Position numbers and translations under genes: made by a program
In this document: in pieces, positions 28,879 to 39,369 of the stretch
Layout: every line of letters begins with the position of its first letter
How positions within the stretch are numbered: position 1 is the stretch's first letter
Notes under the pieces: generated by a model
What the model saw: only the letters and a program-made list of their open reading frames with translations
The model's database searches: none
Told to the model about the DNA's origin: nothing
From: an uncultured bacterium
GTDB taxonomy: Bacteria > Oederibacteriota > PGYV01 > CAWJRG01
DNA: 64,000 nt
Assembly: GCA_963845185.1 (NCBI GenBank)
Contig: CAWJRG010000009.1
Coordinates: 536,743 to 600,742, forward strand
Direction: 5' to 3'

Positions 28879-30299
28879 ATAGACCCAGGATAAACCTGCT
28901 AATACTTAGCTTGATTTTATACACAGTAACTATCATCAGCAATAAATTATTGGTTAAAGATTCTGATTATAATTCACTTGTATTAAGCCTGCCACTTCTA
29001 ATGCCTGAAATCAGGAGGAGATTTGATAAAATAGGGGCTTTAGTTTTCAGTATAATTTTAGTTGCCGCAACGCTTGTCCTTGCTTTGCCTTCGATAAATG
29101 TCATTTCACGTGAAATTTTCATTATTGTTTTTCTTTTTTTTCTCACGCTTTATTTTTATCCGGATTTTTTTACGGCGTATATAAGAAAAATAAATCAAAA
29201 AGAATTATCGCTTCAGCAAAAAATACATGAGCTTAAAAAGATGAAAGATGAAATTGGATCGCTATCCAAGATTAACGAAGACCTAGAAAAAGAAATAAAG
29301 GATGTAACTTCACTTTATGGCATGATAAAAGAATTAGGTTCCCGGTCCCTGACGCTGACAGACAGCATTGGCAATATAACGGAGACTATAAAAAGAATAA
29401 TCAAATATAACTTCAAAATAAACCTCGATGAAATAAATTTTTTTATGATTGTGAAAAAAGGAAACATTTTTTCGGTAGCGCAGTCATTTGGGTACGATGA
29501 GAATTATTTGAAAGAAAACGAAAAAACAATAATTGAGGCCGTACTGAAAAGAATATCCGATAAGCGCGATATGATATATAGCAATAAACTTGACAATAAA
29601 GAATGGGATAAAAACGAGGCTTTTTTTAATAAAAGTGTGTTATACGTTCCTTTTTATGTGGAAAATAAACTGCTTGGAGTTTTATTCTTTTCCGGGAGCA
29701 AAGAAAATATTTTTGACGAAAAGCAAATTGCAAGCATAAGAATTTTAACAAACCAGATTGCGATATTACTGGAAAAAGTTTCTCTTTACGAAGAAGAAGC
29801 TATGATGTCAAAAATAGACAGTTTAACAGGACTTTATGTACACAGAGAATTTCAGGAACGGCTTGAAAATGAATTAAAGCGAAGTTCCAGATACCAAAAA
29901 GAACTGGGGCTTATAATGGGAGATATTGATTTTTTTAAAAAGATGAACGATTATTACGGGCATCTGGCAGGCGATTATGTACTTAAAACAATAGCACTTA
30001 TTTTAAAAAATAATACGGACCCGGCAGATTCAGTGGCTAGATATGGCGGCGAGGAATTTGTTATTATTTTGCCTGATTCAGACAAGAAAAAAGCTTTTTT
30101 AAAAGCAGAATCAATTAGAAAAGTAATTGAGGATTATGGATTTGCATATAAAGGGACAAAAATGGGCGTAACAATGAGCTTTGGTGTTGCGGCATATCCT
30201 GGCGATGCTATAACGCGAAGATCATTAATTGATAAAGCAGACAAGGCACTTTATAAAGCTAAAGAAACAGGCAGAAATAAAGTATTAAAAAGCGAATGA
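28875..30299 (+). CDS. Membrane-anchored GAF-like-GGDEF diguanylate cyclase
   Basis: TM helices, coiled coil, then HREFQERLENE...DIDFFKKMNDYYGH...RYGGEEFVIIL. The start overlaps the previous stop (ATGA). Confidence 0.85.
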   Translation: MNRPRINLLILSLILYTVTIISNKLLVKDSDYNSLVLSLPLLMPEIRRRFDKIGALVFSIILVAATLVLALPSINVISREIFIIVFLFFLTLYFYPDFFTAYIRKINQKELSLQQKIHELKKMKDEIGSLSKINEDLEKEIKDVTSLYGMIKELGSRSLTLTDSIGNITETIKRIIKYNFKINLDEINFFMIVKKGNIFSVAQSFGYDENYLKENEKTIIEAVLKRISDKRDMIYSNKLDNKEWDKNEAFFNKSVLYVPFYVENKLLGVLFFSGSKENIFDEKQIASIRILTNQIAILLEKVSLYEEEAMMSKIDSLTGLYVHREFQERLENELKRSSRYQKELGLIMGDIDFFKKMNDYYGHLAGDYVLKTIALILKNNTDPADSVARYGGEEFVIILPDSDKKKAFLKAESIRKVIEDYGFAYKGTKMGVTMSFGVAAYPGDAITRRSLIDKADKALYKAKETGRNKVLKSE

Positions 30300-30575
30300 A
30301 TGCATTAACAAAATTTAAGCCTATAATTACATGATATGCATAAAAATGAAGGGGCAAATATTTTCGGACATAACAAAATATTTTTTTAGTTAAAGCTTTT
30401 GAGAATATGATGCATAATTATTCACCGTGGTTGAGTAATAATACACTGGATAATCATTTTTTTGTTCTAATTTTTTTTGAAATATTAATGCGTTAAAAAT
30501 CAAATTTAAGGGCGTTGTGCGCTTATAAATATTTATTTTAGATAGCAGTTATTAATATACATGCCAAAAATATCC

Positions 30576-30600
30576 GCAACTTTTTTATAATTCAGTCGTA
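30576..30600 (+). promoter_or_regulatory. ECF-type promoter candidate upstream of the ECF sigma gene (GCAAC-N16-CGTA)
   Basis: gcaac at 30576-30580 and cgta at 30597-30600, 32 nt upstream of the ATG. This resembles the AAC-N16/17-CGT(A/C) architecture of autoregulated ECF promoters. Confidence 0.4.
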
Positions 30601-30631
30601 CTAATAAGAAGTCGAAATATAAAGGTGAAAA

Positions 30632-31222
30632 ATGGATATTGAAAAAGAAAATGAATTAATTGAACAATCAAAATCAGATCCGAAAGCATTTGAAAAGTTG
30701 TTTGATAATTATTATCATGCCGTTTTTAGATATGCAGCACACAGAACGGGAAATATAGAAGTCTCAAGCGATATTGCGGCTGAAACATTTTTTAAAGCAT
30801 TTAATAAAATTTATACTTATAATCCTAAAATAGCCCCGTTTTCGGCATGGCTTTTTAAAATAGCCAATAATGAAACAAATTATTATTTCAGGAAACACAA
30901 ATATACACCCTTTTCTTATAATGCCGCAGTTGAAGATGGTGGATTCAGGGAACCGGCATCGCCAGTCGATATTGAAAAGGAATTTATGGATGCGCAGGAA
31001 GAAATGGAAAAAAACAAGGATTTTTTACAGGTAAAGGAAGCTATATGCAAATTACCCGCAAGATATCAGGAGGTAATAGTTCTTAAGTTTCTGGAGGATA
31101 AAAAAATTTCCGAAATCAGTTTAATCCTGAATAAAAAAGAAGGAACAATAAAATCACTTATATCCAGGGGTTTGGCAAGATTGCGAAAATATTTTTCCCG
31201 AAAAAGACGCAACCATTTATAA
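30632..31222 (+). CDS. RNA polymerase ECF-type sigma factor (sigma-70 regions 2 and 4)
   Basis: Region 2 sequence YHAVFRYAAHRTGNIEVSSDIAAETFFKAF. Region 4 helix-turn-helix ISEISLILNKKEGTIKSLISRGLARLRK. Confidence 0.85.
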   Translation: MDIEKENELIEQSKSDPKAFEKLFDNYYHAVFRYAAHRTGNIEVSSDIAAETFFKAFNKIYTYNPKIAPFSAWLFKIANNETNYYFRKHKYTPFSYNAAVEDGGFREPASPVDIEKEFMDAQEEMEKNKDFLQVKEAICKLPARYQEVIVLKFLEDKKISEISLILNKKEGTIKSLISRGLARLRKYFSRKRRNHL

Positions 31223-31271
31223 TCTGAAGCATATATTAAGTAACAGCAAGAATAACGAAAGGCGGCTTTAA

Positions 31272-32099
31272 ATGGAAGAAAAAGATATAATTAAAAAGCT
31301 GGAAAAAGCAAGGCTTTCAATGCATGGGTTTAAAGCCCACGGCGCCAGAGTTAAAGCAGTGCTTTTTAGCAGGAAAATTAAAGAGGAAAGAAAATATATA
31401 CCCGAATATTTTAAAATTTTAACAGCCATGGCTGGCATGTTTGTTTTGGCAATTGCGTCTTATTATGTAGTTGATAACATGGATAAAGGTAATAAATTCA
31501 ATAAAAACGGTGGAATCTGGTCAACCTACAGCGATGTTCAGGAAGGTGGAGATTCAAAGGTATGGCCTCCGCCGGCTTCAGCAACTGGAAATGATTTTGT
31601 GATGTCAAAGCCCGGTTACGGAGGAGAGGGTTACGCAGTAAGGATTACAGGCATGACAGGCTCCAAACTCGGCTTAAATTATAATTATTTTGGCGTGGTA
31701 AACAGATTTAGCAGTGATTCTTCCTGCCCCAAATGTAAAGGTGCAAATATTAAAAAATATTCCGGCATAATGTTCAGGATTAAGGGAAAAATACTGTCAG
31801 GCAATCTTTTTTTTATACTGCCTTATGAAGGCAATGAGTGCGTAGCTGAAAGGCTTACATGCAAGAGTTTGACCGGCTATGCGGATTACGAAAAGGACAT
31901 TACAAATGAAGTCAAGCAAAACTGGAACTTTATTGTTATTGATTTCAGAAGAGATTTAAGGCAACCTTATTGGACGCCAAACAATGCAGTTGTGCCGATT
32001 GAGAAAGTACTTGAAAATGTTCACCTTTTCAAGTGGCAGTTTAAAAACGGGGACGGCAATTTAGTGGATATTTGGATTGATAATGTCCGACTTTTCTAA
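31272..32099 (+). CDS. Putative anti-sigma factor/sensor: short cytoplasmic segment, one TM helix, extracytoplasmic CBM-like beta-sandwich domain
   Basis: TM helix ILTAMAGMFVLAIASYYVV. The C-terminal domain ends in NLVDIWIDNVRLF, echoing the xIYVDNVKA ending of the CBM-like N-domain in the downstream hydrolase. Confidence 0.55.
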   Translation: MEEKDIIKKLEKARLSMHGFKAHGARVKAVLFSRKIKEERKYIPEYFKILTAMAGMFVLAIASYYVVDNMDKGNKFNKNGGIWSTYSDVQEGGDSKVWPPPASATGNDFVMSKPGYGGEGYAVRITGMTGSKLGLNYNYFGVVNRFSSDSSCPKCKGANIKKYSGIMFRIKGKILSGNLFFILPYEGNECVAERLTCKSLTGYADYEKDITNEVKQNWNFIVIDFRRDLRQPYWTPNNAVVPIEKVLENVHLFKWQFKNGDGNLVDIWIDNVRLF

Positions 32100-32198
32100 C
32101 GTAAAGATTGAAAAAAGACCGAAAGGAGGCATGTACAGAGTTTAAATCTAGATTATTTGCGAAGTAATTAATTTGCTGAAGAAAATACTGAAAAAAAT

Positions 32199-32228
32199 GT
32201 GGACAAAAAAAAATATATTACTTATAAT
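32199..32228 (+). promoter_or_regulatory. Sigma70-like promoter for the glycoside hydrolase gene (TGGACA-18-TATAAT)
   Basis: tggaca at 32199-32204 and tataat at 32223-32228. Confidence 0.45.
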
Positions 32229-32268
32229 AACAGCACTTAATTGAAAAATATAAAAAGGAGGAAGGAAA

Positions 32269-34590
32269 ATGAAAAAAAGCAAGAAAACATTATTTTTATC
32301 GGCAATTGTTTTTTCTTTATTGTTTATTTTATGTTTTAGTAAGATAGCGTTTGCTGCGGACACCACGCAAGATGCAAAAGCAGTTGAAGCAATGAAAGCA
32401 AGCCATAATATTGTACTGTGGAATTTCGAAGATGGCACAACAGATGGGTGGCATGGTGCAGGCGCAAAATGGGGAAAAGCTTCCTCGGTCAACAACAAAT
32501 CTGATTTTGTAAGCGAAGGAAAATACTCTTTGGAAATTAATTGTAAGGGTTCGACGGACTGGAACCAGGATGCTGCGGTCAATGATGGGCCGTTTCCGAA
32601 AGAGTTTCAAAAACTTGTCGAGATCACAATGGATGTATTCGTGCCAGCAGAGACATTAAAAGGAATGGAATATGCCGAGCTTTATTTCGTGATTTCTGGC
32701 GCTGCAAATACATGGTATCAGCTCAAACAACAGTTAAATCAGGGCTGGAACAATCTGGTATTTAAGGTTGACACGGCAAATGTAAGAGGAGAGATATGGC
32801 ATACGTATATTGTAGTAAATTCAACCGAGCCTTTTAACGGGCCAATCTATGTTGACAATGTAAAAGCAAGGGTACAGGGACCATTGGGCGAAATTAAAGG
32901 TAAAGCCATTGATAAAGACAGTAAACAGCCATTAAAAGGAGCATGTTTTGTAATTGGTGATACTTTGGTTAAAACCGACGACGGTGGAAATTTTCAGGCA
33001 AATGTATACGAGGATGAATATAGTAAATTGGCAATTATTATGCCGGGATATATGGATAAGACAATGGATAAAGTTGTTGTTTGGGGTGGAAAAACCACTG
33101 ATTTAGGAGAAGTTTTAGTCACTAAGAAAAGCGAGCCTAAAGAAGAGCAGGTAAATGTTACAGTAGATGCGTCAAAGGTTATAAGGGAATTTGATCCGCA
33201 CAAGGTTTATGGCAACAACGCAGCAGTGTGGGATAAAAAAGACGGATTTGTTGACAATATTGCACTTGAAAAAATAAGAAAATCAGGTGCCACACTTATT
33301 AGGTTCCCTGGCGGTGATTACGGCAACCTTTATAACTGGAAAACAGGTGAGGTTTATAAATGGGATGGTTCTGTTTCATGGACGCCGGAAATGAATTATT
33401 ATATGTTTATAGCCTTCATGAAAAGGCTTGACCCAATAAATGCCGAAGTACTTCCAACCTTAAATGTAATGACACCTCCAAACAAGACATTAGTGGAAAG
33501 AGTTAAATTTCAGATAGAATGGCTTAAGGACATGAGGGAAAAAGGTCTTAAATTCCGGTACGTTGAAATCGGAAACGAGCCTGATAACAAGCCTGCGGTA
33601 AAAGCACCATCCGATATGAAAAAATTGGCGAAGAAAAAAGACGGTACGGAATTCTGGACAAGTATTGATGATTACTGCGCTGTTTTTAACGAAGCAGCAA
33701 GCATTATAAAAAAAGAGATTCCTGATGTAAAAATTTTGGGTCCAGTTCCAATGCAACCAATGAATCAACTTAGATTGGAAGGAGAGCCATGGAAAGCCGA
33801 AGGCGACCCAAAAGCGCCTTTCTGGCTTGAAAGGTTTTTAAAACTTTCGGGTAAATATGTAGATGTCTTGGTGACACATGAATATCCATTATGGGCAAAT
33901 AACAGCACTGTGGCACTTTTGAAAAGGCCGCAGGAAACATGGCCGGTATATATGCCGAAAATAAAAGCATGGATGAAAAAGTACGTGCCTGAAAAAGCTG
34001 ACACTATGGAAGTTGCCTTAACCGAATGGAACTCGGGGCAAGAAAATCCGACAACGGCACAGCTTATAAACGGTTTGTTTGCGGCAGACTATCTTGCATC
34101 TTTTATTAAGTCGGGTGGAGATATAGCTTGTATCTGGGACATGTATACACAGAAAGCTGGCCAGGGTGGAGGGCACGGAGTTCTTGATGAAGAGTTTGAT
34201 CCTAGCAATAAATATGCGGAAAGGTCATCTTACTGGGCGCTATATATGATGTATAACATGTTGGGTAAAAAAATGGTTAAAGCAGATTCAAATAACCAGG
34301 ATCTTTCCGTTTACGCTACAATGCTTGACGACGGAAATTTGGCGATAATGGCTATAAACAAAACAAGCTTGTCGAAATGCAAGGCAACAATAGATATTTC
34401 CGGCTTTAACGTGGGAAATGGCACTGCGGATGCTTGGCAATTTTCAGATAAGGAATATGTATGGAGCACAATGCTTTTTAGGGCAATTATTAACTCGGGC
34501 CCATCTCAGTTCCAGATTAACAATGTGAAAAACACGTTTACTGAAGATTTCCCGCCTTATTCAATCACGATATTGCATATAAAAAAGTAA
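32269..34590 (+). CDS. Secreted clan GH-A glycoside hydrolase (GH51/GH39/GH79-like) with N-terminal CBM-like domain and CarbopepD_reg-like domain
   Basis: Signal peptide present. Catalytic-domain motifs LIRFPGGDYGNLYNW, YVEIGNEPD (acid/base) and LTEWNSG (nucleophile-like DEWN). Confidence 0.7.
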   Translation: MKKSKKTLFLSAIVFSLLFILCFSKIAFAADTTQDAKAVEAMKASHNIVLWNFEDGTTDGWHGAGAKWGKASSVNNKSDFVSEGKYSLEINCKGSTDWNQDAAVNDGPFPKEFQKLVEITMDVFVPAETLKGMEYAELYFVISGAANTWYQLKQQLNQGWNNLVFKVDTANVRGEIWHTYIVVNSTEPFNGPIYVDNVKARVQGPLGEIKGKAIDKDSKQPLKGACFVIGDTLVKTDDGGNFQANVYEDEYSKLAIIMPGYMDKTMDKVVVWGGKTTDLGEVLVTKKSEPKEEQVNVTVDASKVIREFDPHKVYGNNAAVWDKKDGFVDNIALEKIRKSGATLIRFPGGDYGNLYNWKTGEVYKWDGSVSWTPEMNYYMFIAFMKRLDPINAEVLPTLNVMTPPNKTLVERVKFQIEWLKDMREKGLKFRYVEIGNEPDNKPAVKAPSDMKKLAKKKDGTEFWTSIDDYCAVFNEAASIIKKEIPDVKILGPVPMQPMNQLRLEGEPWKAEGDPKAPFWLERFLKLSGKYVDVLVTHEYPLWANNSTVALLKRPQETWPVYMPKIKAWMKKYVPEKADTMEVALTEWNSGQENPTTAQLINGLFAADYLASFIKSGGDIACIWDMYTQKAGQGGGHGVLDEEFDPSNKYAERSSYWALYMMYNMLGKKMVKADSNNQDLSVYATMLDDGNLAIMAINKTSLSKCKATIDISGFNVGNGTADAWQFSDKEYVWSTMLFRAIINSGPSQFQINNVKNTFTEDFPPYSITILHIKK

Positions 34591-34610
34591 AGATAAACAG
34601 TAGAAAATAT

Positions 34611-34652
34611 AAGCCCTCTTTGCGGAAACGCCGAGAGGGCTTTATATTTTTA
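34611..34652 (+). terminator. Rho-independent terminator
   Basis: Hairpin gccctct-ttgcggaaacgccg-agagggc followed by tttatattttt. Confidence 0.8.
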
Positions 34653-34725
34653 TATTCATTTTATTCCGGAAAATTTCCAATTTTTTTGACAGAATTTCGC
34701 TAAATAGTAAAACAATTGAAAATTA

Positions 34726-34753
34726 TTGACAAAAATACCGATTTTTATATAAT
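34726..34753 (+). promoter_or_regulatory. Sigma70 promoter of the polyamine/GT-C operon (TTGACA-16-TATAAT)
   Basis: ttgaca at 34726-34731 and tataat at 34748-34753. Confidence 0.65.
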
Positions 34754-34795
34754 TAATCACGCGTTTATGATGTTACAATACGAAGAGGAGATAAA

Positions 34796-35302
34796 ATGAA
34801 AAACGGAAATAAATCTAAAGTACCTAATCAAGGCATAAGCCAAATAATCCCGACAAAATTTTTTCTTGTGGCAGGACATTCCGAAGGCATGACGCCTCTT
34901 AATGCTTTTGACAGCGCACTTCTTGATGCGGGCATTGGCAACACTAATCTGGTAAAGATGAGCAGTATACTGCCACCCGGAGCGAAAAAAATTAAACCGA
35001 TAAAATTACCTTTAGGAGCGCTCGTGCCCGTAGCTTATGCATCAAAAGTCAGCACACAGGTTGATGAAATTATATCTGCAGGAGTGGCTGTTGCGATACC
35101 AAAAGACCCTAAGAAAAACGGGCTGATTATGGAGTATTCAGGTGCAGGACACAAGGAAGAAATTGAAAGAATAGTCCGCCATATGGCTGAAGAGGGCATG
35201 AGATACAGGGGATATTCGATTAAGGAAATACAGAGCATAGCGGCACAACATAATATTAAAAAAATAGGTGCTGCATATGCTGCAGTAGTGCTGTGGTGGT
35301 AA
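34796..35302 (+). CDS. pdaD: Pyruvoyl-dependent arginine decarboxylase
   Basis: The sequence matches the PdaD family throughout ([40 protein letters not shown]...GLIMEY). The Ser-Ser self-cleavage site is present. Confidence 0.88.
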   Translation: MKNGNKSKVPNQGISQIIPTKFFLVAGHSEGMTPLNAFDSALLDAGIGNTNLVKMSSILPPGAKKIKPIKLPLGALVPVAYASKVSTQVDEIISAGVAVAIPKDPKKNGLIMEYSGAGHKEEIERIVRHMAEEGMRYRGYSIKEIQSIAAQHNIKKIGAAYAAVVLWW

Positions 35303-36144
35303 AAGTGAAAGAAATTAGCAGGAAATGGGCTCGTGAAATTTACAAGGATACGGCCTTATCTTATGAAATAATCAAAAAGCTTTACGGCAAGCGAAGCAAA
35401 TTTCAAATGGTGGAGGTCTATAAGACAAAAAAACACGGAAATTTAATGGCGCTTGACGGTTGTTTTATGCTGACTGAAAAAGAAGAATTTGTTTATCATG
35501 AAATGATAGCACATATCCCGCTCTTTTCTCATCCCAACCCACAAAATGTACTAGTTATAGGAGGAGGCGACGGAGGTACAGTAAGAGAAGTCTTGAAGCA
35601 CAAAACAGTCAAGAAAATAGATTTTGTCGAGATTGACGAAGATGTTTACAAAGTTTCTTTAAAATATTTTAAAACTCTTACGGATCCGGTTAAAGATAAC
35701 AAAAAAGTTAATTTTCTTTTTGGGGATGGCATAAAATTTGTTACTGAAACAAGCAATAAATATGATGTTATTTTGATTGATTCAACAGATCCTTCGAATA
35801 TAAGCGGCGGGCTTTTTGGTACAGAATTTTTTAAAAATATCTACAGAATTTTGAATAAAAACGGTATTATGGTAAGCCAGTCTGAAGATCCGTTTTTTGA
35901 TGGGCATATAATAAAAAATGTTCATTCCCGCCTAAAAAAAATATTTAAGCATGTGAGGCTTTATCTTGCTTTTATTCCGACTTATCCATCCGGTTGCTGG
36001 AGTTTTATTTTTGCCTCAAAGCGCCTTACCCCCGATGTAATAAGAAATAAATTTTTAAATAAATTTAAGACAAAATACTATAACTCTGAACTCCATAAAG
36101 CGGCTTTTATTTTGCCGGAATTTGTAAAGGGGCTTACAAAATGA
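35293..36144 (+). CDS. speE: Spermidine synthase
   Basis: [18 protein letters not shown] and ILIDSTDP motifs. GTG start overlaps the pdaD stop. Confidence 0.88.
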   Translation: MVVKVKEISRKWAREIYKDTALSYEIIKKLYGKRSKFQMVEVYKTKKHGNLMALDGCFMLTEKEEFVYHEMIAHIPLFSHPNPQNVLVIGGGDGGTVREVLKHKTVKKIDFVEIDEDVYKVSLKYFKTLTDPVKDNKKVNFLFGDGIKFVTETSNKYDVILIDSTDPSNISGGLFGTEFFKNIYRILNKNGIMVSQSEDPFFDGHIIKNVHSRLKKIFKHVRLYLAFIPTYPSGCWSFIFASKRLTPDVIRNKFLNKFKTKYYNSELHKAAFILPEFVKGLTK

Positions 36145-36992
36145 AACTAACAAAAGAAACTAATTTTATTGGTTGTGATTACGATTTTGAAGAATCCCAA
36201 CTTGTATTGGCAGGAATTCCTTATGATGGTACTTCTTCGTTTAGGCCGGGATCTCGTTTTGCGCCGGATAGCATCAGGAAATTTTCATATTCAATAGAGA
36301 CTTTTTCACCAGATGCCGTTCTTGATATTACTGATTTTAAAATAAGCGATATTGGAAATGTGGAATTACCTTTTGGCAACAGGGAAGAGGTTATTGGTGA
36401 TATAAAAAATCTTGCTGCATATATATTAAAAAACAAAAAAAAAGCTGTATTCATGGGTGGTGAACATCTTTTAAGCTATCCTGTCATAGAAAAGTATAAA
36501 GAAAGGTATAAAGACCTGAAAGTCATATATTTTGATGCGCATGCTGACATGCGTGACGATTATTTGAATGATAAACTATCACATGCATGCGTAGCCAGGC
36601 GTATTACAGAAAATATAGGTAAGGAAAATATTTTTATGTTCGGCGTCAGGTCCTTTGAGAAACAAGAATTTAATTATATAAGGAACAACAATATTTTTTG
36701 CGATTCAAAATGTGAACAAATATGGAACGTTATCGATACTGTAAAATCTTTTCCTGTTTATCTATCACTTGACCTCGATGTTTTTGATCCGGCATGCCTG
36801 CCGGGACTTGGCACGCCTGAAGCCGGTGGTATTTTTTATAATGATTTTGTCGAAATCCTTGAAGGCTTGTCTGAAATTAAAAATATAGTAGCAGCTGACG
36901 TAGTTGAATTATCCCCGACTTTTGACCCATGTGGAAATTCTAGTGTTTTTGCCGCAAAAGTCATGAGGGAACTTATTTTACGTTTAATTTAA
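36141..36992 (+). CDS. speB: Agmatinase (arginase family)
   Basis: Mn-binding motifs GGEHLLSYPV, DAHADM and SLDLDVFDPA. The start overlaps the speE stop by 4 nt. Confidence 0.85.
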   Translation: MKLTKETNFIGCDYDFEESQLVLAGIPYDGTSSFRPGSRFAPDSIRKFSYSIETFSPDAVLDITDFKISDIGNVELPFGNREEVIGDIKNLAAYILKNKKKAVFMGGEHLLSYPVIEKYKERYKDLKVIYFDAHADMRDDYLNDKLSHACVARRITENIGKENIFMFGVRSFEKQEFNYIRNNNIFCDSKCEQIWNVIDTVKSFPVYLSLDLDVFDPACLPGLGTPEAGGIFYNDFVEILEGLSEIKNIVAADVVELSPTFDPCGNSSVFAAKVMRELILRLI

Positions 36993-36993
36993 A

Positions 36994-39369
36994 ATGACTA
37001 GAAAAGATAAATTACTAATATCGACTTTCTTGTTGTTCTCTTTTTTAATATTTTATCCCCAATACATTTCAAATAAAATAATAGCTTGGCTTGACATGAC
37101 ATATTATTTTTTCCCGTTCAGGTTTATAGTTGCGGAATTAGTCAAATCCAATATTTTACCTTTATGGAATCCATATATATACTGCGGAAACCCGTTGATG
37201 GCTAATATGCAATCCGCGGTTTTCTATCCACTTAATGTCTTTTTCTATATAATGCCAATGGATTTGGCCCTTAAAATAACTACGTTTATATCTTTTTTTT
37301 TATTTGCATTTTTTACCTACGCTTTCCTAAGACTACATAAAATATCGGAAGAGGGAAGTTATATTGGAGCAGTGTCTTTTGTTTTTACTTTTTACATTAC
37401 TGCTAAAGCAGTTGAACTAGCTGATTTTAATGTGCTTTTGTGGATGCCTGCGGTCTTGTATTTTACGCGAAAGTATTCTTTTAAGAAAAGGATTTTTGAT
37501 GCTATATTTCTGGTAGGAACACTTTCTATGTCTTTTTTAGGAGGGCATCCGCAAGTTTTTTCTTGCGTTTATTTCATTTTTTTTGCCTTATTTTTTTACC
37601 ATCAACTTTTCGATAGCAAGGATTTTCGTGGCAGTATAAAACCGTTTTGCTTAATAAATGCCTTATTTTTATTTATTGTATTATTGCAGCTACTGCCTAC
37701 AGTAGAATTTATGAAATTATGCAACAGAATAACAACTGGTGTGGATTTTTTAAGAAGTCAACAAAGTTTTATGGAATTAGAACATTTTATATTATTTATT
37801 TTCCCGCCTGCCACGATTTTTATTTCGAAATATACTAGTTTTTTAAATTGGGTATCGCTTATAGAACTGGGAATTTTATCTATTTTACTGTTTGTTTTGG
37901 GAACCTGGAAAACAACCGAAAAAAGATATAGGAATTTTCTTTTTGTTTTATTTGTTTTTTCATTTTTTATTTCATTCTTGGGAAATATGCCTTTTTACAA
38001 ATGGATATACGATACGGTACCTCTTTTGAAAATGATAACCTATCCAAGTAAGATTAATGTATTATGGTTTTTTATAACCTGCATGATGGTAGGTTACGGT
38101 TATGATATTTTATTTCAAGCCAAATCTGTAGAAACTAAAAATTTTAGGATACTAGTTTATTCAGCTGGATTCTTTATTTTTGTTCTTTATTTGATTTGCA
38201 GCGTTTATGAAAGGCAAATCCTGTGGTATTGGAAAAAGTTATTCGACCCGTTAATTAAATTTCAAAAATTATACGAAATAACTGAAAATTATGAAATTTT
38301 TCTTCGCAGTTTTTTTATTTATATGTTTATGCTGTCAGTGTCGTGTTTTTTTGTATATTTAATTTCAGCAAAGGGAATTAAACAACAATATATACAAATA
38401 GCCGTAATATTATTTGTAATTTTTAATATTTTTATTTATCATTGGGGCGGATTTGAAGTTTATGTTGATTATAAAATTTTTACTACGGAATCAAAAACTA
38501 TAAATTTTCTTTTTAAAGACAAGGAAATGAAATTTCGAAGAATTCTTGCTCCGGGAATAAAAAACAGGATTGAGTTTGAAACAAGAGGAACCGATTCGGA
38601 ATCTATATTTGCCTATATTTTTGATACTTTAACCCCGAACATTGGCATGGCAAATCACCTTATTAATGTTGATGGTTTTGATTCGCTTGTAATTTCGAAT
38701 TTTAGCATGTTTAAAAAAAACTTGGCCAGGCTTGATAAGCCATGGGATAACGATGCTTTTAAAATATTAGGTGCTAAATACATATCAAGCAGATCATTGA
38801 TAAATGGTAAAAAAATAAAATTTAGTTTTTCGACGGCAACAAATATTTATCAATATAAAAATCCTGCAGATATTATATTTTTTGTGCCTGCCGTCAATAG
38901 CGACATATTATTTACTGATAATGAAAAGAATATTATTGACGAAATGTTTAACAAGCCTTACAACTGTTTTAATAAGATTTTTTTAAATAAGGAATACGAA
39001 AAATACTTTAAAGATGTTTTAAACCTGAAATCTTCACAAGGAAGCGATAGAACGACAGTAATTAAATACAACATGGTCAATGTAAATACATACTCTGTTT
39101 TTGCTAAAATAAAAGAGCCCGGTTTCTTGATTTGTACGGATAATTATTATCCGGGATGGAATGTATATGTTGACGGCAAAAAAGAAAAATTGTTAAAAGC
39201 GGATTTGACATTTAAAGCTGTATTTTTGAAGGCAGGCGAACATTTTATCAAATTTATATATGAACCGATTAATTTCTATATTTGCGCGTTTGTATCAGTT
39301 ATTTCTCTTTTTATTTTGATTCTGTTTGGATTATTTTACTATAAAAAGGATATAAATTATGCAAACTAA
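36994..39369 (+). CDS. YfhO-family polytopic membrane protein (GT-C-like putative glycosyltransferase)
   Basis: About 13 predicted TM helices. The YfhO-type C-terminal motif is YPGWNVYVDGKKEKLLKADLTFKAVFLKAGEHFIKFIYEP. The start lies 1 nt after the speB stop. Confidence 0.75.
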   Translation: MTRKDKLLISTFLLFSFLIFYPQYISNKIIAWLDMTYYFFPFRFIVAELVKSNILPLWNPYIYCGNPLMANMQSAVFYPLNVFFYIMPMDLALKITTFISFFLFAFFTYAFLRLHKISEEGSYIGAVSFVFTFYITAKAVELADFNVLLWMPAVLYFTRKYSFKKRIFDAIFLVGTLSMSFLGGHPQVFSCVYFIFFALFFYHQLFDSKDFRGSIKPFCLINALFLFIVLLQLLPTVEFMKLCNRITTGVDFLRSQQSFMELEHFILFIFPPATIFISKYTSFLNWVSLIELGILSILLFVLGTWKTTEKRYRNFLFVLFVFSFFISFLGNMPFYKWIYDTVPLLKMITYPSKINVLWFFITCMMVGYGYDILFQAKSVETKNFRILVYSAGFFIFVLYLICSVYERQILWYWKKLFDPLIKFQKLYEITENYEIFLRSFFIYMFMLSVSCFFVYLISAKGIKQQYIQIAVILFVIFNIFIYHWGGFEVYVDYKIFTTESKTINFLFKDKEMKFRRILAPGIKNRIEFETRGTDSESIFAYIFDTLTPNIGMANHLINVDGFDSLVISNFSMFKKNLARLDKPWDNDAFKILGAKYISSRSLINGKKIKFSFSTATNIYQYKNPADIIFFVPAVNSDILFTDNEKNIIDEMFNKPYNCFNKIFLNKEYEKYFKDVLNLKSSQGSDRTTVIKYNMVNVNTYSVFAKIKEPGFLICTDNYYPGWNVYVDGKKEKLLKADLTFKAVFLKAGEHFIKFIYEPINFYICAFVSVISLFILILFGLFYYKKDINYAN

